A program made the translations under genes and the position numbers. Of a stretch of 64,000 nucleotides of DNA, positions 17,998 to 26,081 are shown in pieces. Origin of the DNA: Gemmatimonadales bacterium. Its GTDB lineage: Bacteria; Gemmatimonadota; Gemmatimonadetes; Gemmatimonadales; GWC2-71-9. Every line of letters begins with the position of its first letter. The first letter of the stretch is position 1. The stretch is from the NCBI GenBank assembly GCA_035309945.1, contig DATGEQ010000106.1, forward strand, positions 143,503 to 207,502. Direction: 5' to 3'. The notes beneath the pieces are model-generated. The model searched no databases. It was not told the DNA's origin and was given only the letters and a program-made list of their open reading frames with translations.

Positions 17998-19287
17998 TCA
18001 TGAGAGAGACGCCGCCTCGAGGCGGCGCAGCGCCGCCTCCTTGCCGACCACCGAGAGCAGCTCGTTCACAGGCTCCGACACCGTTCCGCCGGTCAACGCG
18101 ATGCGGATCGGCTGAAAGATCTTTCCCGCGGCAACATTGCGCTCTTCAGCCAAGTCGCGCAGCACCTTCTCCAGGCTTTCCGACGTCCACGCCGGCGCAT
18201 TCTTCAAGGCCGTCACGCTCGCCGCAAGCGAGGCGTGATAACCGGTCGGGTCCTTCGCGATTTCCTTCTGTGCTTTCTCGTCCAGCGCCACGAATTTCGG
18301 ATCGAGCCGCACCGCCACCTGCCGAGCGATGTCGAGCGTGGTGCGCGAGCGCGTCTTGACGGCCGTGATCGCCTTCAGCACCGCGTCCTTGTTGCCATCC
18401 ACGCCCAGCTTGTCCAGCTCGGGTCGCACGAGCGGATAGAGCTCCTCGGCCGACTTCGCCGAGAGATACTGCCCATTCATCCACTCGAGTTTCTTGATGT
18501 CGAAGACAGACGGCTTTTTGAGAATGCCGCCCGCCGCAAAGAGGTCTCTGAGCTCCTCCATGCTCATGATCTCGCGATCGCCGCCGGGACTCCACCCAAG
18601 CAATGCGAGAAAGTTACGCATCGCTTCTGGTAAAATCCCCAGATGCTGGTAATCGCCGACCGCCGTCGCGCCGTGGCGTTTGGAGAGCTTTTTGCCGTCC
18701 GGGCCGTGAATCATCGGCACGTGACCGAAGATCGGGGTCACCGCGCCGAGTGCCCGATACACGGCCAGCTGTTTCGGGGTGTTGGAGATGTGATCGTCGC
18801 CGCGCAAGACGTGCGTCACCTGCATGTCGATGTCGTCGACGACGACCGCGAAGTTGTACAGCGGCGAGCGATCGGATCGGAGGATCACGAAATCGCGGAT
18901 GTCCTCACCCTTGAAGCTGATCCGGCCATGCACCGCGTCCTCCCACGACAGCTCGCCGGGGGGCACGCGTAGCCGGATCGCGTCCTCTTCCATGTAGGCT
19001 TTCCCCTCCTTGAGCAGCTGATCCGCGACCTGCTGGTGCCGCGCGAGGCGCGCGCCCTGGAAGATCGGCGGCTCGTCCCAGTCGAGACCGAGCCACTGTA
19101 GGCCGTCGAGAATGACCTGCGTGTGTTCGTCGGTGGAGCGCGCCTTGTCCGTGTCTTCGATCCGCAGGAGGAATTTGCCGCCTTCATGGCGGGCGAAGAG
19201 CCAGTTGAAGAGGGCCGTGCGGGCGCCGCCGACGTGCAGGTACCCGGTCGGCGAGGGCGCAAAGCGAACCCTGACGGGCAAAGCCAT
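17998..19287 (-). CDS. gltX: glutamate--tRNA ligase
   Basis: RFAPSPTGYLHVGGARTALFNW (HIGH region) and KLSKRHG (KMSKS-like). I preferred ATG 19287 over the upstream ATG 19311. Confidence 0.9.
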   Translation of the reverse strand: MALPVRVRFAPSPTGYLHVGGARTALFNWLFARHEGGKFLLRIEDTDKARSTDEHTQVILDGLQWLGLDWDEPPIFQGARLARHQQVADQLLKEGKAYMEEDAIRLRVPPGELSWEDAVHGRISFKGEDIRDFVILRSDRSPLYNFAVVVDDIDMQVTHVLRGDDHISNTPKQLAVYRALGAVTPIFGHVPMIHGPDGKKLSKRHGATAVGDYQHLGILPEAMRNFLALLGWSPGGDREIMSMEELRDLFAAGGILKKPSVFDIKKLEWMNGQYLSAKSAEELYPLVRPELDKLGVDGNKDAVLKAITAVKTRSRTTLDIARQVAVRLDPKFVALDEKAQKEIAKDPTGYHASLAASVTALKNAPAWTSESLEKVLRDLAEERNVAAGKIFQPIRIALTGGTVSEPVNELLSVVGKEAALRRLEAASLS

Positions 19288-19378
19288 GGGGCGAATTATA
19301 ACGAACATCATGACGCCTTAGGAGAATCTTCATAAAGCACAGGGCATCGTGTTGCCACACCATTCTCGAGAGGTTCTG

Positions 19379-20797
19379 ATGCGTCGCTCCGCGTCGTTGT
19401 TGCTGGTTGCACTCACGATTCCCACGATGTGTGCCTTTGCCGCCAGTCGGGGGGGGGGCGGGAGCAGAGGCGGCGTGTCCGACGCTGTGCGTGCGTACGA
19501 GCTGGCGTATTCGGCATCGCGCTCAAGTTATGGGAGCATTCCGAGCTTTTCACGCCAAACCGGGCTCGCCTGCAACGTCTGCCACAGCGCGTTTCCCATG
19601 CTGACGGCGTTCGGTCGGCAGTTCAAACTGAATGCCTACACGCTGACGGGGCTGCAGACGATCGGGCCCCTGGGGGCGAATCCCAGTCTCAAGATCGACC
19701 TGATTCCGCCGGTGTCGACGATGCTGCAGACGTCCATGACGCAAACGGCGAAGGCGCAGCCCGGGACGCAGAACGGCAACGTCGAATTCCCGCAGCAGCT
19801 CAGCGTCTTTTTCGGCGAAGCTATCTCACCCCGCATGGGCACGTTCATTCAGATCACCTATGACGCGGTAGCGGGCTCGATCGGCATGGATAACGTCGAT
19901 CTTCGCTACGCAAAGCGGGTGACGTTCGCGTCGAAACCCCTGTTGTTCGGCGTTACGGTCAACAACAGCCCTACCGTGCAGGATGTCTGGAATTCAACTC
20001 CGGTGTGGGGATTTCCGTTCGCGTCATCGGGCGTAGCGCCCACGCCCACCGCAGCGCCGCTCATCGACGGCGCGCTCGCGCAAGGTGTTGCGGGAATCGG
20101 CACCTACGGGCTGTGGGACGAGCACCTGTACGGCGAGCTCTCGGTGTACCGGTCCGCGCCGCAGGGCGGGGCACATCCGCCAGATTCGTCGTCGACGATG
20201 ATTGCAAAGGGCGTCACGCCCTATTGGCGGTTCGCCTATCAACGTGGATTTGGGAGCCAGTACATCGAGCTGGGCACGTACGGCCTCTCGGCCCGACTCT
20301 TCCCGACGGGTGTCACGGGACCAGTCGACCGCTTCACCGACGTCGGTGGCGATCTCCAGTACGAGCGCCGGACCGGTAAGGCCGGGCTCGGGACATTCGT
20401 CGTGCACGCGACCTACACGCACGAACAGCAGAAGCTCGACGGAACATTCGCGGCTGGCGGCTCGGCGAATCCGAGGAACAGCCTCAACCGGTTCCGCGCC
20501 GACGCGGTGATTCTGACGCCTTCGCGCGTGGGCGGCACGCTCGGTTTCTTCGCGACGAGTGGTACCGCCGATGCCGGCCTGTATGCGCCCGCGTCCGTGA
20601 CCGGCAGCGCGACGGGAAAGCCGAACAGCAGCGGTCTGATCGCGGAGTTTCAGTACATGCCGTGGATCAACACACGGTTCTCGGTGCAGTACGTCGCGTA
20701 TCAGAAGTTCAACGGTGGGACGACGAACTATGATGGGTCGGGCCGCAACGCGTCCGACAATAACACGCTGTATCTGCTGGCCTGGTTGATGTTCTAA
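19379..20797 (+). CDS. putative outer-membrane beta-barrel protein with an N-terminal CxxCH heme-binding motif
   Basis: Signal peptide MRRSASLLLVALTIPTMCAFA, then the motif ACNVCHSAFP. The body is long and beta-rich, and the C-terminus ...LYLLAWLMF ends in an aromatic residue, as in OMPs. Confidence 0.65.
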   Translation: MRRSASLLLVALTIPTMCAFAASRGGGGSRGGVSDAVRAYELAYSASRSSYGSIPSFSRQTGLACNVCHSAFPMLTAFGRQFKLNAYTLTGLQTIGPLGANPSLKIDLIPPVSTMLQTSMTQTAKAQPGTQNGNVEFPQQLSVFFGEAISPRMGTFIQITYDAVAGSIGMDNVDLRYAKRVTFASKPLLFGVTVNNSPTVQDVWNSTPVWGFPFASSGVAPTPTAAPLIDGALAQGVAGIGTYGLWDEHLYGELSVYRSAPQGGAHPPDSSSTMIAKGVTPYWRFAYQRGFGSQYIELGTYGLSARLFPTGVTGPVDRFTDVGGDLQYERRTGKAGLGTFVVHATYTHEQQKLDGTFAAGGSANPRNSLNRFRADAVILTPSRVGGTLGFFATSGTADAGLYAPASVTGSATGKPNSSGLIAEFQYMPWINTRFSVQYVAYQKFNGGTTNYDGSGRNASDNNTLYLLAWLMF

Positions 20798-20812
20798 CGG
20801 TGAGCCGGTGAG

Positions 20813-20863
20813 CCGAATGATCAATGATCATTGGTCATTGCTCAATGATCATTGATCATTCGG
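20813..20863. terminator. perfect 21-bp-stem, 9-nt-loop AT-rich hairpin between convergent genes (candidate bidirectional terminator or binding site)
   Basis: I paired 20813-20833 with 20843-20863 base by base without a mismatch. The stem contains four TGATCA cores. There is no flanking U-tract. Confidence 0.45.
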
Positions 20864-20873
20864 GCAGTCCGCA

Positions 20874-20964
20874 CGGAGAGGGGGGGATTCGAACCCCCGA
20901 TAGAGGAATTACCCCCTATAACGGTTTAGCAAACCGCCGCCTTCAGCCACTCGGCCACCTCTCC
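20874..20964 (-). tRNA. tRNA-Ser (anticodon GCU)
   Basis: The reverse complement folds as a class-II tRNA: acceptor GGAGAGG/CCTCTCC, anticodon loop TTGCTAA, a long variable arm and T-arm GGGGG-TTCGAAT-CCCCC. No CCA is encoded. Confidence 0.9.
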
Positions 20965-20965
20965 C
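20926..20965. repeat. attL: 40-bp perfect direct repeat (tRNA-Ser 5' half)
   Basis: TTAGCAAACCGCCGCCTTCAGCCACTCGGCCACCTCTCCC is identical to 36715-36754. Confidence 0.9.
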
Positions 20966-21010
20966 GGAAAACAGAAGTTCGCTTGCTGCATCGACTTGTT
21001 CAAGTGCGAC

Positions 21011-21033
21011 GAGGCCCCCGACCTGGGGGCCTC
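21011..21033. terminator. GC-rich hairpin (9-bp stem GAGGCCCCC / GGGGGCCTC, 5-nt loop)
   Basis: Perfect inverted repeat read from the sequence. It lies between the leftmost minus-strand genes of the element and the tRNA upstream region. The U-tract is weak. Confidence 0.4.
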
Positions 21034-21041
21034 ACTCGTTT

Positions 21042-21063
21042 GGCAACATTTCTGGTAACATTT
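21042..21063 (+). promoter_or_regulatory. candidate integrase arm-type sites (GGCAACATTT ct GGTAACATTT)
   Basis: A tandem decamer pair 76 bp inside attL. A near-identical pair lies at 36592-36610, 104 bp inside attR, in the same orientation. Confidence 0.45.
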
Positions 21064-21150
21064 TTGGGAGACGTAACGAGAGCAGGGCACCGCCGCGCGC
21101 GCGTGGGTTCGATGCGGTGATTCCTAGCTCTTGATCGCGCAGCGCATGAA

Positions 21151-21309
21151 TTATTCCTGCCACGTGTCGCCGACGGCGTTGAGGTTCAACGGGTGGCAAA
21201 CGCCGACCCAGGCCTGCGTCTCGGGATCGCGGAAGACCTCCCAGGCGAGATTGGCTTCAATGCGGACTTGTACAACTCGTGTGGGGAGCAGCTTCGACAG
21301 CAGCGCCAT
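21151..21309 (-). CDS. small HicB/DUF1902-like protein (52 aa)
   Basis: Below the ORF-track cutoff. GAAGGAG SD upstream of ATG 21309. VRIEANLAWEVFRDPETQAWVGVCHPLNLNAVGDTWQE resembles the N-terminal fold of HicB-type antitoxins. Confidence 0.45.
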   Translation of the reverse strand: MALLSKLLPTRVVQVRIEANLAWEVFRDPETQAWVGVCHPLNLNAVGDTWQE

Positions 21310-21404
21310 GCCTCTTCTCCTTCACGGTGAAATACCCCGGGATGGGGCAAACGGCGTGCCTAGTTAGGCGGTTCCTACAATACGGCCGAACGTTAGGCCT
21401 GGCG

Positions 21405-22091
21405 TCAAGGGCGCCGCGCACCCTGGTTACCCGACTTTACGCGCGGAAACTTGCGACGTTGCAGTGTGTTACATCTGGTTTTTCGACGCACGGTGCCTCG
21501 CGCGGCGTCCGGCCCTCGAGTAGGCTCGCGCCCGATCGCGATCACTCCACGATCGTCAACGAGTTCTAGCGCTGGGCCGTGCCGCAGTTTCTGCTGCAGC
21601 ACGCGCTCCCCACCCCTCACGCGCAATACCCTCGCCACCACTAGCCGCGCCGCCTTCTCGCGGACGATTGGCCAGCGCCGTGGTGACACTGCGAGCTGGT
21701 CCGCGGCGTGCTGAACGAGCGCACACATCCATGCTGGCGCGCCGACACGAAGCAGATGGGAGTGACCCCGTTGACGAGCGGCGTGGTAGTGGTCGAGCCA
21801 GGAGAGCACCCGGCTGTAGAGCCAAAAGAGCAGCAATCGATCAGGGATAGAACCGCGCCGGTGACTCGGGACTAGGCGCGACAGCAGGAACTCATTCCAT
21901 ACCGCTGGTCTCACCTTCAATTCTCGCAGAACAGCCGCTCGAGTCCGACCCTTCGGCTGGTCGCGGTCCGAGTAGGCCGACCACACCCCGGGAGATTCGA
22001 ACGGGTCGGCCGTCGGGGCACCAAAACCTGTTGCAGCGAACGCCGCGCAATCTGGGCAGGAGATGGGGTGATCCTTATGTGCAGGGTCCAC
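21405..22091 (-). CDS. hypothetical protein of the element (HPISCPDC Cys motif)
   Basis: 228-aa ORF, divergent from the plus-strand early operon. No domain recognised, and the C-terminal third is Arg-rich and less convincing. Confidence 0.4.
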   Translation of the reverse strand: MDPAHKDHPISCPDCAAFAATGFGAPTADPFESPGVWSAYSDRDQPKGRTRAAVLRELKVRPAVWNEFLLSRLVPSHRRGSIPDRLLLFWLYSRVLSWLDHYHAARQRGHSHLLRVGAPAWMCALVQHAADQLAVSPRRWPIVREKAARLVVARVLRVRGGERVLQQKLRHGPALELVDDRGVIAIGREPTRGPDAARGTVRRKTRCNTLQRRKFPRVKSGNQGARRP

Positions 22092-22110
22092 ACCCTAGAA
22101 TCTACCGCAA

Positions 22111-22329
22111 ATGGAACAGCGCCGCACCAAATCGCTCGACTTCTGGGTGACGCCCGATGAGTTGGAGTGCCTTCGTGCCGGCGCCCGGGCAGCCAGCTCC
22201 TCGCTCAGTGCGTTCGTCCGAGATGCCGCACTCCGCGCGGCCGAGCAGGTCCGTGGCATCGTCAAAGTCGAGCTCGGGCGTGATGAGGCAGAGGCGGTAC
22301 TCAAAGGTCTTTCAACAGAGAGGCGATGA
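22111..22329 (+). CDS. ribbon-helix-helix protein (DUF1778/TacA- or MobC-like)
   Basis: KSLDFWVTPDELECLRAGARAASSSLSAFVRDAALRAAEQV matches the RHH pattern R...I...V.PEE...I..AA...G.S.S.F.R.AAL..AE. Confidence 0.55.
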   Translation: MEQRRTKSLDFWVTPDELECLRAGARAASSSLSAFVRDAALRAAEQVRGIVKVELGRDEAEAVLKGLSTERR

Positions 22330-22330
22330 C

Positions 22331-22660
22331 ATGGAGAACGGCTCGGAGAAACCGACAGTCGAAGAGCTGGCGAAGCTTTTGAAAAAGGCCGCGCGAAAGG
22401 CCGCGCGAAAGGCCGCCAAAAAGATGGTCCGTGAGGAGCTGATGAAGCTTGCGCCGTCGCTCGCGATCGCGAGTGAGCTCGACGACGCAGAGGCTCGCGC
22501 GAAGGCCGGCAAGCCGCTGCGGAAGCGGCAGACGAAGTTGATCGAGAAGATCTACCAGACTGCGAAAGAAAACCCGGGCGAAGGCGAAGCCACGCTGCTC
22601 GAGAAGGTTGCTAAAGGCGCACGCCCCGCCGGCTCATCGGGCTACGCGGACGCGTTGTGA
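22331..22660 (+). CDS. hypothetical Lys/Ala-rich protein
   Basis: In-frame ATG 22331 lies 1 nt after the RHH gene stop. 109 aa and helical (AARKAARKAAKK). Confidence 0.45.
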   Translation: MENGSEKPTVEELAKLLKKAARKAARKAAKKMVREELMKLAPSLAIASELDDAEARAKAGKPLRKRQTKLIEKIYQTAKENPGEGEATLLEKVAKGARPAGSSGYADAL

Positions 22661-23178
22661 TTCCCTCGAGGCCTGGCGCGGAGCTCGAGCGGGGCGTGCT
22701 GATCCACGGAGAAGATTTCTCGTGGACCTGCCCTGGCTACGGCCAAGCGCATGATCTGCCGATCGCGAGCACACAGTGCGCGACGCACTCCCAGTGGCGG
22801 CCGCCGCTCATGTATCGCTGCAAAAAATGCCACCAGCCAGTCGAGCCGGGCGGCCCGCTCGCGGATTACCACTTCGGCTGTTCCAGTCTCAACCGCGGAC
22901 CGGCGCCTGTCGCCGAGACGAAGTACGCGAGACCGGCGCCGCGCGGCGAGGCGGAATACCGGCAAACACTCGCGCACGCCAACGAGCTGCACATCAGTCT
23001 CGGCGCCGAGCTTGAGCGTCTCGCGAGCTGTACGGGAAATGATCCGCACGGCGGCACGCCGTTCGTAAACGAGAAGGGCGAGGTCGTTGGGCGGCAGTCG
23101 CCGGCATTCCGTCGCTCGCTGACGATCATCGCAGCGCTCGAGCAGCTGGCGAAGGCGCTCGGCGGGATGGAGCGCTGA
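22657..23178 (+). CDS. hypothetical protein with CxxC motifs
   Basis: GTGA overlap with the upstream gene. 173 aa containing CKKCH and other Cys pairs. Confidence 0.5.
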   Translation: MIPSRPGAELERGVLIHGEDFSWTCPGYGQAHDLPIASTQCATHSQWRPPLMYRCKKCHQPVEPGGPLADYHFGCSSLNRGPAPVAETKYARPAPRGEAEYRQTLAHANELHISLGAELERLASCTGNDPHGGTPFVNEKGEVVGRQSPAFRRSLTIIAALEQLAKALGGMER

Positions 23179-23513
23179 TGGATCCGCGCTACCGGTGGCC
23201 TGACGGCCGGCCGCTTGCGGGCCCGTTCAACGTGCCCACGCGGCCCGACGTCGAGCCCGATCCGAGGAACAGGGATCCCGAGGTCAATACGCGCCTGCCC
23301 AACTATGACGCCGGCGTCGAGCTGCTCCAGGGATCGAGACCCGACGGCCGCGCGATAGGCAGCGACACGAAAGGTCTGCCCGCGTTCGATCCGAACGGAA
23401 GGACAATCACGCTGGCGGGGCCGAACCTGCCCCAGGCCACGCCGAACGACGTGAGGCTGCCCGATCCGCGCGACGTGCCGGTGGCCACGCCAACTCTGCC
23501 GAGCGAGCCCTAA
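23178..23513 (+). CDS. hypothetical protein
   Basis: The start overlaps the upstream stop by 1 nt (TGATG). 111 aa, proline-rich. Confidence 0.45.
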   Translation: MDPRYRWPDGRPLAGPFNVPTRPDVEPDPRNRDPEVNTRLPNYDAGVELLQGSRPDGRAIGSDTKGLPAFDPNGRTITLAGPNLPQATPNDVRLPDPRDVPVATPTLPSEP

Positions 23514-23525
23514 ACGGAGGCGAGC

Positions 23526-23768
23526 ATGTCGCTACCCGATGCGACGCAGGGCGCTGCTGCAGACGCGAGTCGCGATCGCCGATTGGCGAACGTGGCCGTC
23601 GACATGGACCAGCTGACGCCCGAATTCCTCGCGGCGCGCACGGCCGAGGCGAGCAACTACAACGCCAGCATGGACACGCTCGCCGCGGTGCGCGCGGAAC
23701 AGAAACGGACACACAACGAATCCGTCGGCCGGCCGGCGACAGGGACGGCCGCGCCGCTGAAGAAATGA
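23526..23768 (+). CDS. hypothetical protein
   Basis: 80-aa ORF with GGAGG upstream of ATG 23526. Confidence 0.45.
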   Translation: MSLPDATQGAAADASRDRRLANVAVDMDQLTPEFLAARTAEASNYNASMDTLAAVRAEQKRTHNESVGRPATGTAAPLKK

Positions 23769-23865
23769 CAGCGGGGGAGGTCGTCAGCGCGAGCCTAACC
23801 TCCTCGCCTGGCGGGCAACGGGCCAGGGTTGGCCCGCCTCCTCTGACCCTCAACAGGAAGGGACG

Positions 23866-24105
23866 ATGCCTTATCTCGGGCAGATCGTAATCGTGAACGA
23901 GGACCGCCTGACCGGCACTCAGGAGCGGCGCGCGGCGCCGCGCGGCCGACCGGGGATCATCACGAAGGTCAACGGCGACGGCACCATCAACGCTGTCGTC
24001 TTCAGCGATCGAAACGACGGACACATGGGGCGGTGCACGCAGGTCGTGCAGAACCGCGGCTACTCGCGCACGCCGACCTGGGGCACCTGGCGGGAAGCGG
24101 ACTAA
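23866..24105 (+). CDS. hypothetical protein
   Basis: 79-aa ORF with GGAAGGGA upstream of the ATG. Confidence 0.45.
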   Translation: MPYLGQIVIVNEDRLTGTQERRAAPRGRPGIITKVNGDGTINAVVFSDRNDGHMGRCTQVVQNRGYSRTPTWGTWREAD

Positions 24106-24165
24106 CCAAACGACAACGCCTCGAGCGGCGAACCTCGAGGTTACCGCAACAGGAGACACGATCAA

Positions 24166-24336
24166 ATGCCGCAGCGCGCGAGCCGACGCACACCATCCTC
24201 GGGTCCTCTCCCGGCTCGTGTCTCCGGGCGGGGCGCAAGCGGGTCGGTGGGCCCGGCCCATGCGGATCGGTCGTACTCGGATTGGGAGAGCGTGTACCGA
24301 TCGGAGCGCGGCCGGGGACGGGAGCCGCGGTGGTGA
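24166..24336 (+). CDS. possible small ORF (56 aa, Arg/Ser/Gly-rich)
   Basis: AGGAGA SD upstream of ATG 24166. The stop overlaps the GTG of the next gene (GTGA). Composition is weak for a real protein. Confidence 0.3.
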   Translation: MPQRASRRTPSSGPLPARVSGRGASGSVGPAHADRSYSDWESVYRSERGRGREPRW

Positions 24337-26081
24337 GTGCGTTGAAACCGCGGAAACCGGGCATCTGCGTCGAGCGGTCGGCGACGCTGATTCGGTATCG
24401 CTACGAGAGCGAATCCGCGCCGGGCACCTTCTACGACACCCGGCTCCTCGCCCAGGGTGACCTCTGCGAGTGCTGGGGCTTCCGCAAGTGGCAGAAGTGC
24501 TGGCATCTGGAGGACGCGTGGGCGCAGGAGAGAGCGCGCGGCAACGGCAACGCCGGCACGGCAACGCCGGCGCCGGCCGACGCCATGAGCACCGGTCCTG
24601 GAATGGCCGATCGCGACGTGCCGCCGCCAGAGCCGCCGACCCCTCGAGCATCGACGAGTCCTGTCGTGGGAACGATCCCGCGCAACGTGGTTGAAGACGA
24701 AACCTCCGTCCTGAGTGCGATCCTCACGAGCCATGTCGTGCCGGCTGCGGTCCGCGCGCGGCTGCACCCGAATGTTTTTCAGCGTGAGAGTCACCGGCTG
24801 ATCTACGGCGCAATGCTCGCGCTCGCGGCTCGCGGTGAGCCGATCGACCCGCACACCCTGCGCGCGGCCCTCGACGGCAACCTCGATCGTGCCGGCGGCA
24901 TGGAGTACCTCGCGACGCTGATCGACGTCGTGCCGACGGCCGATCACATCGACGCGCACGTCTCCCTGATCCTCGAGCACCACCGCCGGCGCACGATCAC
25001 CCAGCTCGGCGCCGAGCTCGCCGGCGACAAGCTCTCACCGGCGCAGATGCGCGACGCGATCGCGAAGCTCCAGGAGCTCGCGGTCGACGAGCAGACCCGC
25101 GCGCGGTTCCGGCTCCTGTCTGTCAGTGAGCTGCTCGCGTTGCCCGCGCCGGCCTGGCTGCTCGAGCGCTACCTCCCGATCGGCGGCCTCAGTGTGCTCT
25201 ACGGCGCGCCGGGATCCGGCAAGAGCTTCGTCGCCCTCGCCTGGGCGCTGAGTGTCGCCGCCGGCCAGCCGTGGATCGATTCGCAGACGGTCCAGGGCCG
25301 CGTCATTTACGTCGCGGCTGAGGGCAGCAGCGGACTCGGCAAACGCATCGCGGCGTACACCGATAGCCGCGCGCTCACCCCGGACGGCATCCAGTTCATC
25401 CGTGAACCCGTGAATCTCGGGGAGCCGCGCGACGTCGACGCCCTCGTGGCAGGCGCGGCCGCGGCGCAGCCTGCGCTTGTCGTGATCGATACGCTCTCGC
25501 GATGCATGGAGAGTCTCGACGAGAACAGCCCCGAGGACATGGGACGCGTCATCGCCGGCGTCGATCGCATTCGACGCGCGACCGGTGCGCACGTAGTGCT
25601 CGTCCATCACGCGGGTTGGAGTACGAACGAGCGGCCCCGCGGGCACTCGTCGCTCGTCTGCGCCGCGGATGCCGTGTTCCTCTTGAAGAACGACACCGGC
25701 GTGCTGACGCTCGAGTTCTCAAAACCGCATAAGGACGCGCCACCGATCGAGCCGCTGCAGCTTCGGCTCGTCCCGATCGGAGAGAGCTGCGTCGTCGAGC
25801 CCCAGGACTCGCTCACCGCCATCAGCGAGCTCGAAAAGAGCGATCGCCTGGCGCTCGAAGCCCTGAACGCGATCGCCGTCGGCGACGGTGCCACGAAGAG
25901 CGAATGGCTGTCGGCGGCCACGGAACGGAAGGGGAAAACGTCTCACATGGGGCGTGCGACATTCTACCGTTGTCTCAAGCGGCTGTGCGACAGAAAACTC
26001 GTCGCATGTGAGACAAACGGGAAACAGGCCGAACGCTACTCGCTGACGGGCAAAGGGATTAGCGCGTGCGCCGTCTCATAG
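24333..26081 (+). CDS. replication protein: SWIM zinc finger, DnaB N-terminal-like domain, RepA/AAA_25-type RecA-fold ATPase and C-terminal wHTH
   Basis: CECWGFRKWQKCWH matches CxCxnCxH. A DnaB-N-like block follows (VLSAIL...IYGAMLALAARGEPIDPHTL). Walker A is GAPGSGKS and Walker B is LVVIDTLS. The start could be GTG 24330 or 24333; it is uncertain. Confidence 0.7.
   Translation: MSALKPRKPGICVERSATLIRYRYESESAPGTFYDTRLLAQGDLCECWGFRKWQKCWHLEDAWAQERARGNGNAGTATPAPADAMSTGPGMADRDVPPPEPPTPRASTSPVVGTIPRNVVEDETSVLSAILTSHVVPAAVRARLHPNVFQRESHRLIYGAMLALAARGEPIDPHTLRAALDGNLDRAGGMEYLATLIDVVPTADHIDAHVSLILEHHRRRTITQLGAELAGDKLSPAQMRDAIAKLQELAVDEQTRARFRLLSVSELLALPAPAWLLERYLPIGGLSVLYGAPGSGKSFVALAWALSVAAGQPWIDSQTVQGRVIYVAAEGSSGLGKRIAAYTDSRALTPDGIQFIREPVNLGEPRDVDALVAGAAAAQPALVVIDTLSRCMESLDENSPEDMGRVIAGVDRIRRATGAHVVLVHHAGWSTNERPRGHSSLVCAADAVFLLKNDTGVLTLEFSKPHKDAPPIEPLQLRLVPIGESCVVEPQDSLTAISELEKSDRLALEALNAIAVGDGATKSEWLSAATERKGKTSHMGRATFYRCLKRLCDRKLVACETNGKQAERYSLTGKGISACAVS

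Noticed and set aside
20824-21120. 98-aa plus-strand ORF (MIIGHCSMIIDH...) spanning the hairpin and the tRNA.
   Set aside because: It overlaps the tRNA-Ser gene and the AT-rich hairpin. Its apparent coding potential is an artefact of the TGATCA repeats.
22386-22416. Tandem 12-nt repeat GCCGCGCGAAAG x2 in the 109-aa ORF.
   Set aside because: It is a short low-complexity coding repeat (AARKAARKAAKK). There is no evidence of variability or a regulatory role.
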